Shown here piece by piece: positions 1 to 9,416 of a stretch of DNA of 64,000 nucleotides. The number at the start of each line of letters is the position of its first letter. The stretch's first letter is position 1. The DNA comes from Tricharina praecox (Eukaryota). Location of the stretch: contig NW_026250431.1 in the NCBI RefSeq assembly GCF_024521635.1, positions 1-64,000 on the forward strand, written 5' to 3'. The position numbers and the translations under genes were made by a program. The notes below the pieces were generated by a model. That model was given only the letters and a program-made list of their open reading frames with translations. It was not told where the DNA came from and did no database searches.

Positions 1-1536
1 GCGCAAGTCGAACAACGCAGGGAGCAAGCGGTGTACAACCGCAACGTGGAAATTTGGGCAGGGAAACAGGAAGAGAAGGCAGAATACCTCTACAAGGAGC
101 AACAGCGAATCAAGGAAAAAATCGCTCGAGCAGAGAAAAAATTGAAGGCTGTAGAGGTAAGGACAGGGAAGGCGAAGGAAAAGGCCCCGGAGTGGGTAAA
201 CACTACCCCAAGAGGAGGATCGCGGGCAGAAAGGTCAGCAACAAGGGAAACTCCGGCAGGTGCAGGAATGTCCCCTCCTCCTCCACCCCCAAGACGTCCG
301 GTGACTAACCTTGGAGGTGATCCCTCGGATGAGGAACCATCGGATGATGACGATTCCATCCCCTTGCCGCGTCGTTCGCCGCCCCGTCACCGACACGCTC
401 CGCTACCAAGAGAAGACGACGAAGACGAAGAGAGTCGCTTCGCTCGGATCATCGCTGCTGCCGTCTCCGCATCGAACCCGAGGGCCATCAAGCTTAAAAT
501 GAAAGATCCCAAGCCGTTCGATGGCAAGCAAAGAACAGCCTTCCGTCCATGGTGGGACTCAGTTGAAGAATATCTTGAGTTCCACCCAGAGACAAACAAG
601 CAGCAGAAGATAGCGTGGGTGGGATCCCGACTGGAAGGGACAGCGGCAGAATGGCATCAGGCCCGTCGAAAAAGCCTGAGGCAGCTACACTTGGAAGATA
701 CCTGGCAGGCGTACCAAGAGGCACTCAAGGAGGCGTACCGCGACACGCAGGAAGGAGCGAACGCATTAAGAAGGATGTGGGCCCTCGAATACAAAGGAGA
801 CATTCAGGCTTACATGACCTCCTTCCGATCGCTCAACATGATCGCTCGCGCCACCGGCGAACCGCTACAAGACATAGTCAACCAGGCCATGACTACCGAC
901 ATCGTTGATATGTGCTTCAACCAGCACACCGAACCCTACGAAGAAGATGAAGACTTCCTGGAAACGGTGCTCAGGGCTGGCAACCATGTGGAACGACGGG
1001 ACGCGCTGAAAAAGGCAAGGGCAATGAGGAAAGGGGGATCGGGTAGCCAGGGTTCCGGCGGCGACCGGAAGGGACCTGGCAACGGCCGGCAGGGCCAAGG
1101 AAAGGGAAGAGACCCCGGGGGCCGCAAGGAAAGCGGGGAGTCCCCGGAGGGCCGAAAGGCCAAGGAAGCAACAGGAGTCAGGAAGGGAAGGACAAGGGAA
1201 GGGGACATCTACGCAGGAGCAAAGGAGGCTCTGGTAGGGGTTCCCCAGAAGGAGATCGATGCCCACAAAGCATCCAAGTGCGACTGTTGGCGTTGCGGAC
1301 GAGACGGCCACCGAACCTTCCAATGCTACGCCAGAAAAACAGTCGCGGGTACCGAACTCCCCGAGAGTCCAAAGGTGTCATCCGTGACAAAGAGAAAGCG
1401 GGACACCCAGGATGCCGAACCCACTCGACCGAGGTCCAAGCAACACAAGGCTGCGGCGGTTGTGGTGGAGGATGAAGCAATGACGGAGGCCCCTCCATTC
1501 TGGGAAAGGAATGAGAGTGAGCCGGAGGATTTTTGA
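1..1536 (+). CDS. gag: Gag of element A (5'-partial; frame is open from base 1)
   Basis: Capsid-like segment PKPFDG...RLEGTAAEW and zinc knuckle CWRCGRDGHRTFQC; stop TGA 1534-1536. Confidence 0.93.
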   Translation, partial: AQVEQRREQAVYNRNVEIWAGKQEEKAEYLYKEQQRIKEKIARAEKKLKAVEVRTGKAKEKAPEWVNTTPRGGSRAERSATRETPAGAGMSPPPPPPRRPVTNLGGDPSDEEPSDDDDSIPLPRRSPPRHRHAPLPREDDEDEESRFARIIAAAVSASNPRAIKLKMKDPKPFDGKQRTAFRPWWDSVEEYLEFHPETNKQQKIAWVGSRLEGTAAEWHQARRKSLRQLHLEDTWQAYQEALKEAYRDTQEGANALRRMWALEYKGDIQAYMTSFRSLNMIARATGEPLQDIVNQAMTTDIVDMCFNQHTEPYEEDEDFLETVLRAGNHVERRDALKKARAMRKGGSGSQGSGGDRKGPGNGRQGQGKGRDPGGRKESGESPEGRKAKEATGVRKGRTREGDIYAGAKEALVGVPQKEIDAHKASKCDCWRCGRDGHRTFQCYARKTVAGTELPESPKVSSVTKRKRDTQDAEPTRPRSKQHKAAAVVVEDEAMTEAPPFWERNESEPEDF

Positions 1537-4500
1537 GCGGCCCCAGCACTCCGCAGACTGGACGGCCAAGTGTATATGTTTGCGGAACGAAGAGACCACG
1601 GCCTCAGGATATCGACAGCGAATCCAGAGATAAGCGAAGACGAACGGACCAACCTATTTCTACGAGTCCAACCGCGCCGAGCGCCTCAGGGTGTGAGCCC
1701 CCAAAACCTGTCAGCGGACCACGACCAATCATAGAAATGATGCTCCTCTGGTCTGAGCACAAGCGACGACGGATCCGAGTACTCCTTGACACAGGATGCG
1801 CCATTCCGATCATCAAACGAAGCCTTGCACGAGAACTTGGGTTGCCCCTCATTCAACGACCCAAGCCGGTGGAAATCAAGGACTTCCACGGAACCATAGT
1901 GGAAGGAGCCGGGGAATATTATACAATGCCGATGCTCCTTCAACACCGGAGCCACTACACCAACGAAACCTTCGAAGTGGCTCCCTTGGACGACTGCGAT
2001 GCCTACCTCCCGTATTGGTGGATGGCTAAGCATGAACCGACAGGGTTGTGGAAGAATGAAGCACAGAAAATTCGCTTCACCAGCACCCGATGCAAGGAAC
2101 AATGCACCTTGCAACAAGCAACCAGCTTTCCGATGGAACTTGACACGTCTGTCATTCACAATTCGGAGGCTCGCATTATTGGATACGTCTCAGCTGGGCC
2201 GGAATCAGATCCACCCATGAATCTGCTTCCGGAGAAGTTCAGACGATATGCCAACATCATGACCAAGGAAGCAGCCGATAAGCTTCCCGACCACAAGTCC
2301 TACGACCACGCAATCGATCTCAAGGAAGGAGAGACTCCTCCATGGGGTCCTATCTATGCCCTGTCAGAGAAAGAACTTGAGGCCCTCAGGGAGTGGCTCA
2401 AGGAGATGCTCCAGACAGGCAAGATTCGAAGATCCAAATCACCAGCCGGGGCGCCGATATTATTTGTACCAAAGGCGCACGGCAGGGGTCTCCGATTGTG
2501 TGTCGACTATCGCGGTATCAACAAGATTACCGTAGCCAATCGCTACCCACTCCCGATCATGGCAGAGTTGCAAGACCGAGTCAGGGGTGCGAAAGTCTTC
2601 ACCAAGATTGATCTGAAGAATGGCTATCACCTTATCCGCATCAAAGAAGGTGACGAGTGGAAGACGGCTTTCCGCTGTCGATACGGACTGTTTGAGTTTT
2701 TGGTCATGCCGTTTGGGCTGACCAACGCTCCAGCGACGTTTCAGGACATGATTAACCACATATTTCGGGATATGTTGGACCTGGGACTGGTCGCGTACAT
2801 CGATGACCTCCTCATCTATGCAAAGACGCACGAGGAGCATGACAAGATAGTCATCGAGGTACTAAAGAGGTTGGAAGAAAATAAGTTGGCAATCTCACCA
2901 GAGAAGTGTGTCTGGTCGACAGGGAGAGTCGAGTTCCTAGGATACGTGATATCCCAAGATGGAATTGAGATGGCTAAGGACAAGGTGGAATCTGTGCTCT
3001 CGTGGGAGGCGCCGCGGTCCCTGAAGGAAGAACAAGCCTTTCTTGGGTTCGCCAATTTTTACAGGCGCTTCATCAAGGATTTCTCAAAGATCACGAGACC
3101 CTTGACCGAGAGCACAAAAGAAAAAGGGAAGGATTGGAGATGGACAGCGGAGATGGAACTGGCCTTCGAGGAGCTGAAGTCTAGGTTCACCACGGCACCG
3201 ATTCTCGGGCACTTCAACCCAGAATTACCTGTCGTGGTGGAATCCGACGCTTCGGACTTCGCGTTGGACGCGGTCCTGTCTCAAAGGACAGAGGATGGGA
3301 AGTTACACCCAGTTGCGTTCCACTCCAGAAAGTTTACCCCAGCCGAAATCAACTTTGAGATTCACGATAAGGAACTACTCGCGATAGTAGACTCTTTCAA
3401 ACGCTGGCGGCAATACCTTGAGGGAGCAAAACACCAGATCCAGGTGTACAGCGACCACCAGAACCTTGAGTACTTCACAACCACGAAAGTACTCAATCGA
3501 CGGCAGGCGAGATGGGCACAAGAACTCGCTGGCATCGACTTCAAAATCTACTACCGGCCCGGCAGCCAGAACGGCAAGCCTGACGCATTATCCAGGCGCC
3601 CGGAGTACCGCACTGAAAAAGGGGGGGGTGAAGATCAGCCGATTACGACGATCCTGCATAAATCACACTTTGCAGGCGACGATTCGAGAGTTTCATCAAT
3701 CAGCACCGGAGGCGAGAGCACCGTGTTTCTGGTTTCGTCAACTCGGCTACATTCAATCCCCGTGCCAAAGTGGAATGAAGAATTTCTGGGTTGGGTCAGG
3801 AAGGCAGGAAAGGAAGATGCTGGGTATCAGGAGGCTCTGAGCAGCATCAAGGACACGAACGAGGACGCGGCTCAGAAGGACACTGAGTCGGAGGGCCGAA
3901 AGGCCTGGGAACTGGCCGCCGAGAGTAGGGACTCCGGCAGGATGGGCCGAAAGGCCAGGATTTTGAGGATGGAAGAGGGGTGCCTGTATAGGAAAGAAAG
4001 GCTATGGGTACCAGACGATAAGGAACTCGTCAGACACATCCTCGAGTCGGAACACGATACGAAAGTCGCGGGGCATATGGGCCAGGACAAGACTATCGAA
4101 CTTATCCGACGCAATTTCTGGTGGCCAAAGATGGACGAGCAGATTATAGACTTCGTCCGGAGTTGCGCGCAGTGTCAGAAGGACAAAGCAACAAGGCACC
4201 AGCCGTATGGACTACTCAATCCCCTCGAGTTACCATACACCCCATGGCAATCAATAGCCATGGACTTCATTACCGACCTACCGGAATCCAACGGATGCGA
4301 CCAGCTATGGGTGGTCGTCGACCGCTTCACCAAGATGGCGCATTTCATCCCCCTACCTAAGGATGGAAAGATAGCCGAGGATCTCGCGAAGATTTTTGCC
4401 CGCGAGATATGGCGCTTTCACGGATTACCAACAGACATAGTGTCGGACCGAGACTCACGGTTTACCTCGGGTACATGGAAAGAATTCATCCGGCTGCTAG

Positions 4501-5342
4501 GCATTAAGCCCCGGATGTCAACAGCGTTCCACCCACAGACGGATGGACAAACCGAACGCCTCAACCAGACGATCGAAGCATACCTCCGCTCCTTCGTCAA
4601 CTACGAACAGAACGATTGGGTGAATCTCCTACCGATGGCTGAGTTTGCCTACAACAACTCGGTTACATCGGCAACCGGAATGTCGCCCTTCTATGCGAAT
4701 TTCGGATACCACCCGTCGGCAACAAACCCTGCTGCGGCAAATTCTCTCAACCCCGCCAGCAAGGTCTACGCTCACTGGATGCATACAGTCCACGAGGAAA
4801 ACATCAAGACCCTCGAACGAACGCGCGAACGAATGCGCAAGTATGCAGATCAACATCGTCAGGAGGCACCGGCTTATCAAGTAGGAGACTTGGTAATGCT
4901 CAATGGGCGGAACATTCAAACCCGCCGACCCTCGCGGAAGTTGGACCACAAGAACCATGGTCCCTTGAAATTCGAGAAGATCGTATCGCCGCTCGCTGTC
5001 AAGCTCACTCTGCCAGGGAAGTGGAAGATTCATAATGTCTTTCACGTCTCGCTCGTTGAACCGTTCCGAGCCGGCACCCGAGCACCACCGGATCCCTCTC
5101 AAATCTTACGAGAGGCCGATGATGTGGAAGGCAACGAAGAATACGACGTCGATGAGGTTATGGGCAGCTCGAAGAAAGGTCGACGAGTGCTCTACCTCGT
5201 CAAATGGCTCAACTACCCCGAACGACGGGACTGGACGAACGAGCCATTCGACAACTTCTCAGTAGGCGGTCGGGAAAAGCTACGCGAGTTTCATCGCAAA
5301 AATCCCGATGCGCCGAGGGACTACCGGCTCACAGATGAGTAA
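1527..5342 (+). CDS. pol: Pol polyprotein of element A (protease, RT, RNase H, integrase, chromodomain), expressed by -1 frameshift
   Basis: LLDTGC protease, LCVDYR/YPLP/YIDD RT, ESDASD RNase H, H..H/CAQC plus DDE integrase, EYDVDEV...YLVKWLNY chromodomain. Confidence 0.96.
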   Translation, partial: GFLSGPSTPQTGRPSVYVCGTKRPRPQDIDSESRDKRRRTDQPISTSPTAPSASGCEPPKPVSGPRPIIEMMLLWSEHKRRRIRVLLDTGCAIPIIKRSLARELGLPLIQRPKPVEIKDFHGTIVEGAGEYYTMPMLLQHRSHYTNETFEVAPLDDCDAYLPYWWMAKHEPTGLWKNEAQKIRFTSTRCKEQCTLQQATSFPMELDTSVIHNSEARIIGYVSAGPESDPPMNLLPEKFRRYANIMTKEAADKLPDHKSYDHAIDLKEGETPPWGPIYALSEKELEALREWLKEMLQTGKIRRSKSPAGAPILFVPKAHGRGLRLCVDYRGINKITVANRYPLPIMAELQDRVRGAKVFTKIDLKNGYHLIRIKEGDEWKTAFRCRYGLFEFLVMPFGLTNAPATFQDMINHIFRDMLDLGLVAYIDDLLIYAKTHEEHDKIVIEVLKRLEENKLAISPEKCVWSTGRVEFLGYVISQDGIEMAKDKVESVLSWEAPRSLKEEQAFLGFANFYRRFIKDFSKITRPLTESTKEKGKDWRWTAEMELAFEELKSRFTTAPILGHFNPELPVVVESDASDFALDAVLSQRTEDGKLHPVAFHSRKFTPAEINFEIHDKELLAIVDSFKRWRQYLEGAKHQIQVYSDHQNLEYFTTTKVLNRRQARWAQELAGIDFKIYYRPGSQNGKPDALSRRPEYRTEKGGGEDQPITTILHKSHFAGDDSRVSSISTGGESTVFLVSSTRLHSIPVPKWNEEFLGWVRKAGKEDAGYQEALSSIKDTNEDAAQKDTESEGRKAWELAAESRDSGRMGRKARILRMEEGCLYRKERLWVPDDKELVRHILESEHDTKVAGHMGQDKTIELIRRNFWWPKMDEQIIDFVRSCAQCQKDKATRHQPYGLLNPLELPYTPWQSIAMDFITDLPESNGCDQLWVVVDRFTKMAHFIPLPKDGKIAEDLAKIFAREIWRFHGLPTDIVSDRDSRFTSGTWKEFIRLLGIKPRMSTAFHPQTDGQTERLNQTIEAYLRSFVNYEQNDWVNLLPMAEFAYNNSVTSATGMSPFYANFGYHPSATNPAAANSLNPASKVYAHWMHTVHEENIKTLERTRERMRKYADQHRQEAPAYQVGDLVMLNGRNIQTRRPSRKLDHKNHGPLKFEKIVSPLAVKLTLPGKWKIHNVFHVSLVEPFRAGTRAPPDPSQILREADDVEGNEEYDVDEVMGSSKKGRRVLYLVKWLNYPERRDWTNEPFDNFSVGGREKLREFHRKNPDAPRDYRLTDE

Positions 5343-5484
5343 GAGTTTTTTCCCATGTGGTTTTTCTCGAACTCGGGCAGGTAGTAGGATGAAGGGGTTG
5401 GAGGACTTCATCCACAGTTATCAAGTTAGGATAAAGGCGAGGACTTGGGTGCTTCGGGCCGAAGCCTCGTGGGAGGGGAGATGG

Positions 5485-6173
5485 TGTGACACCCCGATAG
5501 GTATCGGAGGTCACGACGGTCGCAAGAGATGTGATTAGATAGTTCGGGTGATTAGAATAGAGTTGCGAGCCGAAAGGATAGTTCGAAGCGATCAAAGACA
5601 AGATAGGAAGGAGGGAGCAAACGGATTCCAGAGTCTAGACAGTGATCGGAGATGCGGGAGATCGGGATAACAGTCCAGAGGACTTTGAGATCTCCGATCA
5701 TAGGGCCCCGCAGTAGGAACTCCGATCCAGGAAAAAACTGTTATGACGAGAGAATCGAACATCGACCGATGGGGGCAGACAACTTCGAGCGAAGAACTCT
5801 GCCGGCGCATGAGGGAGATAATTGCTCGGAAACTCCGATCTATCTTGGGCGCGTGGTGTTTACCACCTGCCTAGTCGAGAAGACTATCCGAAGAGAGCTG
5901 ACGACGACTCAAGGCTAGGCCGCGGAACTCCGATGCAAAGGAAGCAACGGAGCTACGTTAGGCCGCACTCTAGAGGAATCACGTGCTGAGGATCGGGACG
6001 GCTATAAGTCGAACCGAGCGGGCAACCGAACAAAACACAATCATTGCACCGAACAAACCATCGAACAAACACCCTTAAGATTATTCCGTTGTGAATTATC
6101 GAAATCCCTGACTTTTATTCTGCACTCGATATTACCATAGACTCCGACGACACAAACTCGTTCCAGTCTCACA
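5485..6173 (+). repeat. 3' LTR of element A (689 bp)
   Basis: Follows PPT GGGAGGGGAGATGG; TGTGA/TCACA terminal inverted repeat; sequence switches abruptly to family-2 pol (minus strand) at 6174. Confidence 0.88.
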
Positions 6174-7621
6174 AAGAGGCACGGATGAAACCTTTGCTGA
6201 GGTTGTTGTCAAGCCATTCCTTCAGTGCGACAAGCTCCGTTTTCGAAAGTGAGTACAGTGGTCCGTATGGGGGTGTAAATCCCTCCTTGAGTTGAATCTT
6301 ATGGCCGTAGTGTCGGTGCGGGAGCAGGTTCTGGGCAAGAGTTTCAGAGAACAGCGGTAGGAACTCGTGGTATTCGTGAGGGATATGTGCCGTGGGGTCC
6401 TTGTTTCCTTCCAGTGCGCCGTTGACCTCGGCAAGCGTGGTGTTGAACATCGTGAGGCTTTCCTTGTTGACCAGTTCTTGGAATGACTCCATCTGTAAGG
6501 CTGAGATTCTGACTGTGCTTTCCCTTGAAAGGTTAGTGCATTCTTGGTGATTCTTCCTTGGGGGAGACGTAATGTAGCGGGCCACGATGTCGCCGGCCCC
6601 CGCGCTTACCGCGGGCTCTTGCGGAGCTGCTTTTGACGCGAAAGCATAGGTAGATACGTCAGGCGGGTCGGTGGTGATTCCATGTGCAACTGTGGGTACC
6701 GCATTGCAGTTGGCTGTGCAGTATTGGGAGCCGGAGGTGAGGGTTCGGGAGCTGAACCGGATTGCCACATCGTGGAGGTCCATCCAGGGGATTCCGAGTA
6801 CAATAGGGTAGTAGCCTAGTTTGGTGACAAACATAGGGATTTCCCCGTGGTGTTCCTGTATGGACAGAGTGGTGGTGGCAACATGTGTGATGTCGTCTAA
6901 CTCGATGGGACGGCCATTGATGACTTCAAGACTTCGCGGGAATTTCAGGGGTACAAGGGGTAGGTGGTGATGGCGGGCGAAGTTTTTGTCTACAAATGCA
7001 ATCCCGGTTGCCCCACAATCGATCAGCGCATGCGTGGCAATAGTTTTATCACCAAACGAAAGTTTACACAATACAACAAGATGTTTTCCTTCCATTGATG
7101 ATTCTTCCACAACCATTCCTGACACTGAGAGACTAGACAAACGAAAAATAGGGGACATAGGAGACAAAGACTTATCCTGGGTACGACCAACAACAGTGCC
7201 ATCAAGCGGTTGTTTGTCTAGGCTTTTCCCGACTGCTGGATGGTCTCGCCGCAATCCTGGTTGTAGTTGTGATAGATGTGAGCCGGGGTGGTGTTGGTGG
7301 GCTGGGATGACTCCAGCCGGGCAACGGCTGCTCGGAACGGATTTCGGTTCTTGTTGGGGCAATGCCTGGCCATGTGGCCACTTCCCCCACAGTACAGGCA
7401 GCAGCCTTCGCGGAGTCGAGCGGCACGCTCTTGGTCTGGGATCCTACGGCTGTGGGCACTCAAGTCCATGGCTCCGGGATTTCTGAACTGTGACATTCAT
7501 GTGGCAGTGGTCGCCGCGGGCATGATGTTGTCGGTGGTGTGCCTGAGCGGCGCCGTAGGGTGTGGGGCGCTACTCTGCCGAGGGGGGTTAGCGGTGCGGC
7601 GTCTCTCACGGAGTTGGAGGG
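6174..7621 (-). mobile_element. Interrupted minus-strand copy (B) of the element C family: 3' gag, protease and start of RT
   Basis: Reverse complement aligns to element C ~9025-10460 (LIDCGATG, CLYCGGSGHMARHC, GFIRAS); cut by A at 6174 and by C at 7621; in-frame TGA in gag near 7497. Confidence 0.93.
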
Positions 7622-8180
7622 TGTCACGGCTCACGACGGAATGACGAAGGGAGGGTCGGCACAAGGATCGGGAGAATTGGGGGGCAGTGCAGAGGCAGTG
7701 CACCGGCAGTGCAAGGATGAGCCGCAGAGGATTTGGGGCTGTGTGCAGGGAGCAGGGATAGCGCAGTAATGAGTCGCAGGATATTGGGGCTGTGTGCAGG
7801 AAGCAGGGGTAGTGCGGCTGCGCAGGGTGTGAGTCACGGAAGTGGGGTACTGGCAAGGTGGATTTCTCAGGGTCTGGCACACGCCCACGGTCATTGTCAG
7901 GTTGCGGGAAGAAGTGGAGGATTTTCTATATAAACGGGCCGTTGCCCCTCTGTATTTAGTTCTTCACGCAACAACTTGTTAATTCAATCACTGTTACCTC
8001 TGTCCTTGCCTCGGCTGCCGTCTGCGCCGTAGTCCTTGTCCCTGCCTCTGTTCTCAGTTGCCGTCTGCACTGAGCCCTGCCTCACCTTGTCTCCTGTACC
8101 CGTCTTGCCCCTACCGAACCCAGAACCCGATCCCCAGCCCGACTTCGCTACCTGGAGCCTTGCCCGACCGTGCCGTTACA
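7622..8180 (+). repeat. 5' LTR of element C
   Basis: TG...CA ends, TATATAAA at 7927-7934, imperfect ~50-bp tandem repeat in U3, direct repeat of 13255-13813. Confidence 0.96.
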
Positions 8181-8219
8181 CTTTGTTGCGTACCCCATCT
8201 CTCCACCTAGCAAACTACC

Positions 8220-9416
8220 ATGGCCACCAACACTCAGGTACCCGACGTCCCCCAGCAGGACGAAGTACCGGTGGCTCCCCCCTTCTACCGAGAAATTCCC
8301 GCCGCCATCTACGAACAACTCGAAATCATCGTCAATCACGATGCACCCGCCGACGATGCAACCCTGATGAGGTTGTACAACGAATTCAGAATCCTTGCCC
8401 GCGCAATCACCCTGTCCCCGACAGCGATACCAACCTGGCGATTCGACGACCTCGAAGAACAACTTGCCGATGCCCGCCGGATCGCCAACCGCCTCGCCAC
8501 CGTCGAAGCCCACCCTCAAAGCCGCGCTGAGCGTGTCCCAGAGCCCGCCATGTTCGACGGAACACGCGACAAACTCGAAGGGTTCGTTGCGCAACTTCGA
8601 CTCAAGCTATACAGCGACCCAGCCCGTTTCCCCACTCCAGCACTCCGAATGGCCTACGCCTTCAATCGCTTGGAAGGCCGCGCCCAAGCCCAGATCCTGC
8701 CATACATCGAGAATCACAACATCACCCTCACTGATGCTGATGCGATAATCACACTCCTGAACAATGCGTTTGGTGACCCCGACCCAGCGGCCACCGCTCG
8801 AGCCAAGCTGCACCACCTGAAACAAGGCAATAAGGAGTTCACCTCCTACTTTGCGGAATTCCAGATGCTCGTCTCCAAGCTCAATTGGGACGAGCATGCG
8901 AAACTTGACGCACTGCGAGAAGGAGTATCCATCGAACTCCACCGGCAACTTGTGGGCCGTACTCAGGGTCTCAACTACGACGGGTTTGTGGCCCTCTGCC
9001 AACGCCTCGACTCCGAGCTGCGTGCCCTCCAACTTCGTGAGGGACGCCGTACCATCAACCCCCCTCGGCAGAGTAGCGCCCCACAACCCACGGCGCCGCT
9101 CAGGCACACCACCCAGAACACCATGCCCACGACGACCACTGCCACAGGAATGGCTCCCGGAGCCATGGACTTGAGTGCCAACAGCCGCAGGATCTCAGAT
9201 AAAGAGCGTGCCGCTCGACTCCGCGAAGGCCGCTGTCTGTACTGTGGAGGAAGTGGCCACATGGCGAGGCACTGCGCCAACAAGAACCGAAATCCGTTCC
9301 GAGCAGCCGTTGCCCGGCTGGAGACAACTCAGCCGACCAACACCACCCCGGCTCACACCTATCACAACTGCAACCAGGATTGCGGCGAGACCTCCCAGCA
9401 GTCGGGAAAAGCCTAG
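8220..9416 (+). CDS. gag: Gag of element C (398 aa)
   Basis: PAMFDGTR...RLEGRAQ capsid, LKQG...YFAEF major-homology-like region, CLYCGGSGHMARHC knuckle. Confidence 0.96.
   Translation: MATNTQVPDVPQQDEVPVAPPFYREIPAAIYEQLEIIVNHDAPADDATLMRLYNEFRILARAITLSPTAIPTWRFDDLEEQLADARRIANRLATVEAHPQSRAERVPEPAMFDGTRDKLEGFVAQLRLKLYSDPARFPTPALRMAYAFNRLEGRAQAQILPYIENHNITLTDADAIITLLNNAFGDPDPAATARAKLHHLKQGNKEFTSYFAEFQMLVSKLNWDEHAKLDALREGVSIELHRQLVGRTQGLNYDGFVALCQRLDSELRALQLREGRRTINPPRQSSAPQPTAPLRHTTQNTMPTTTTATGMAPGAMDLSANSRRISDKERAARLREGRCLYCGGSGHMARHCANKNRNPFRAAVARLETTQPTNTTPAHTYHNCNQDCGETSQQSGKA

Larger units (their letters stand above)
1..6173 (+). mobile_element. Ty3/Gypsy chromovirus LTR retrotransposon A (5' end outside window)
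   Basis: gag ORF, then -1 frame pol with PR-RT-RNaseH-IN-chromodomain order, polypurine tract 5471-5484 and LTR 5485-6173 bounded by TGTGA...TCACA. Confidence 0.96.
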
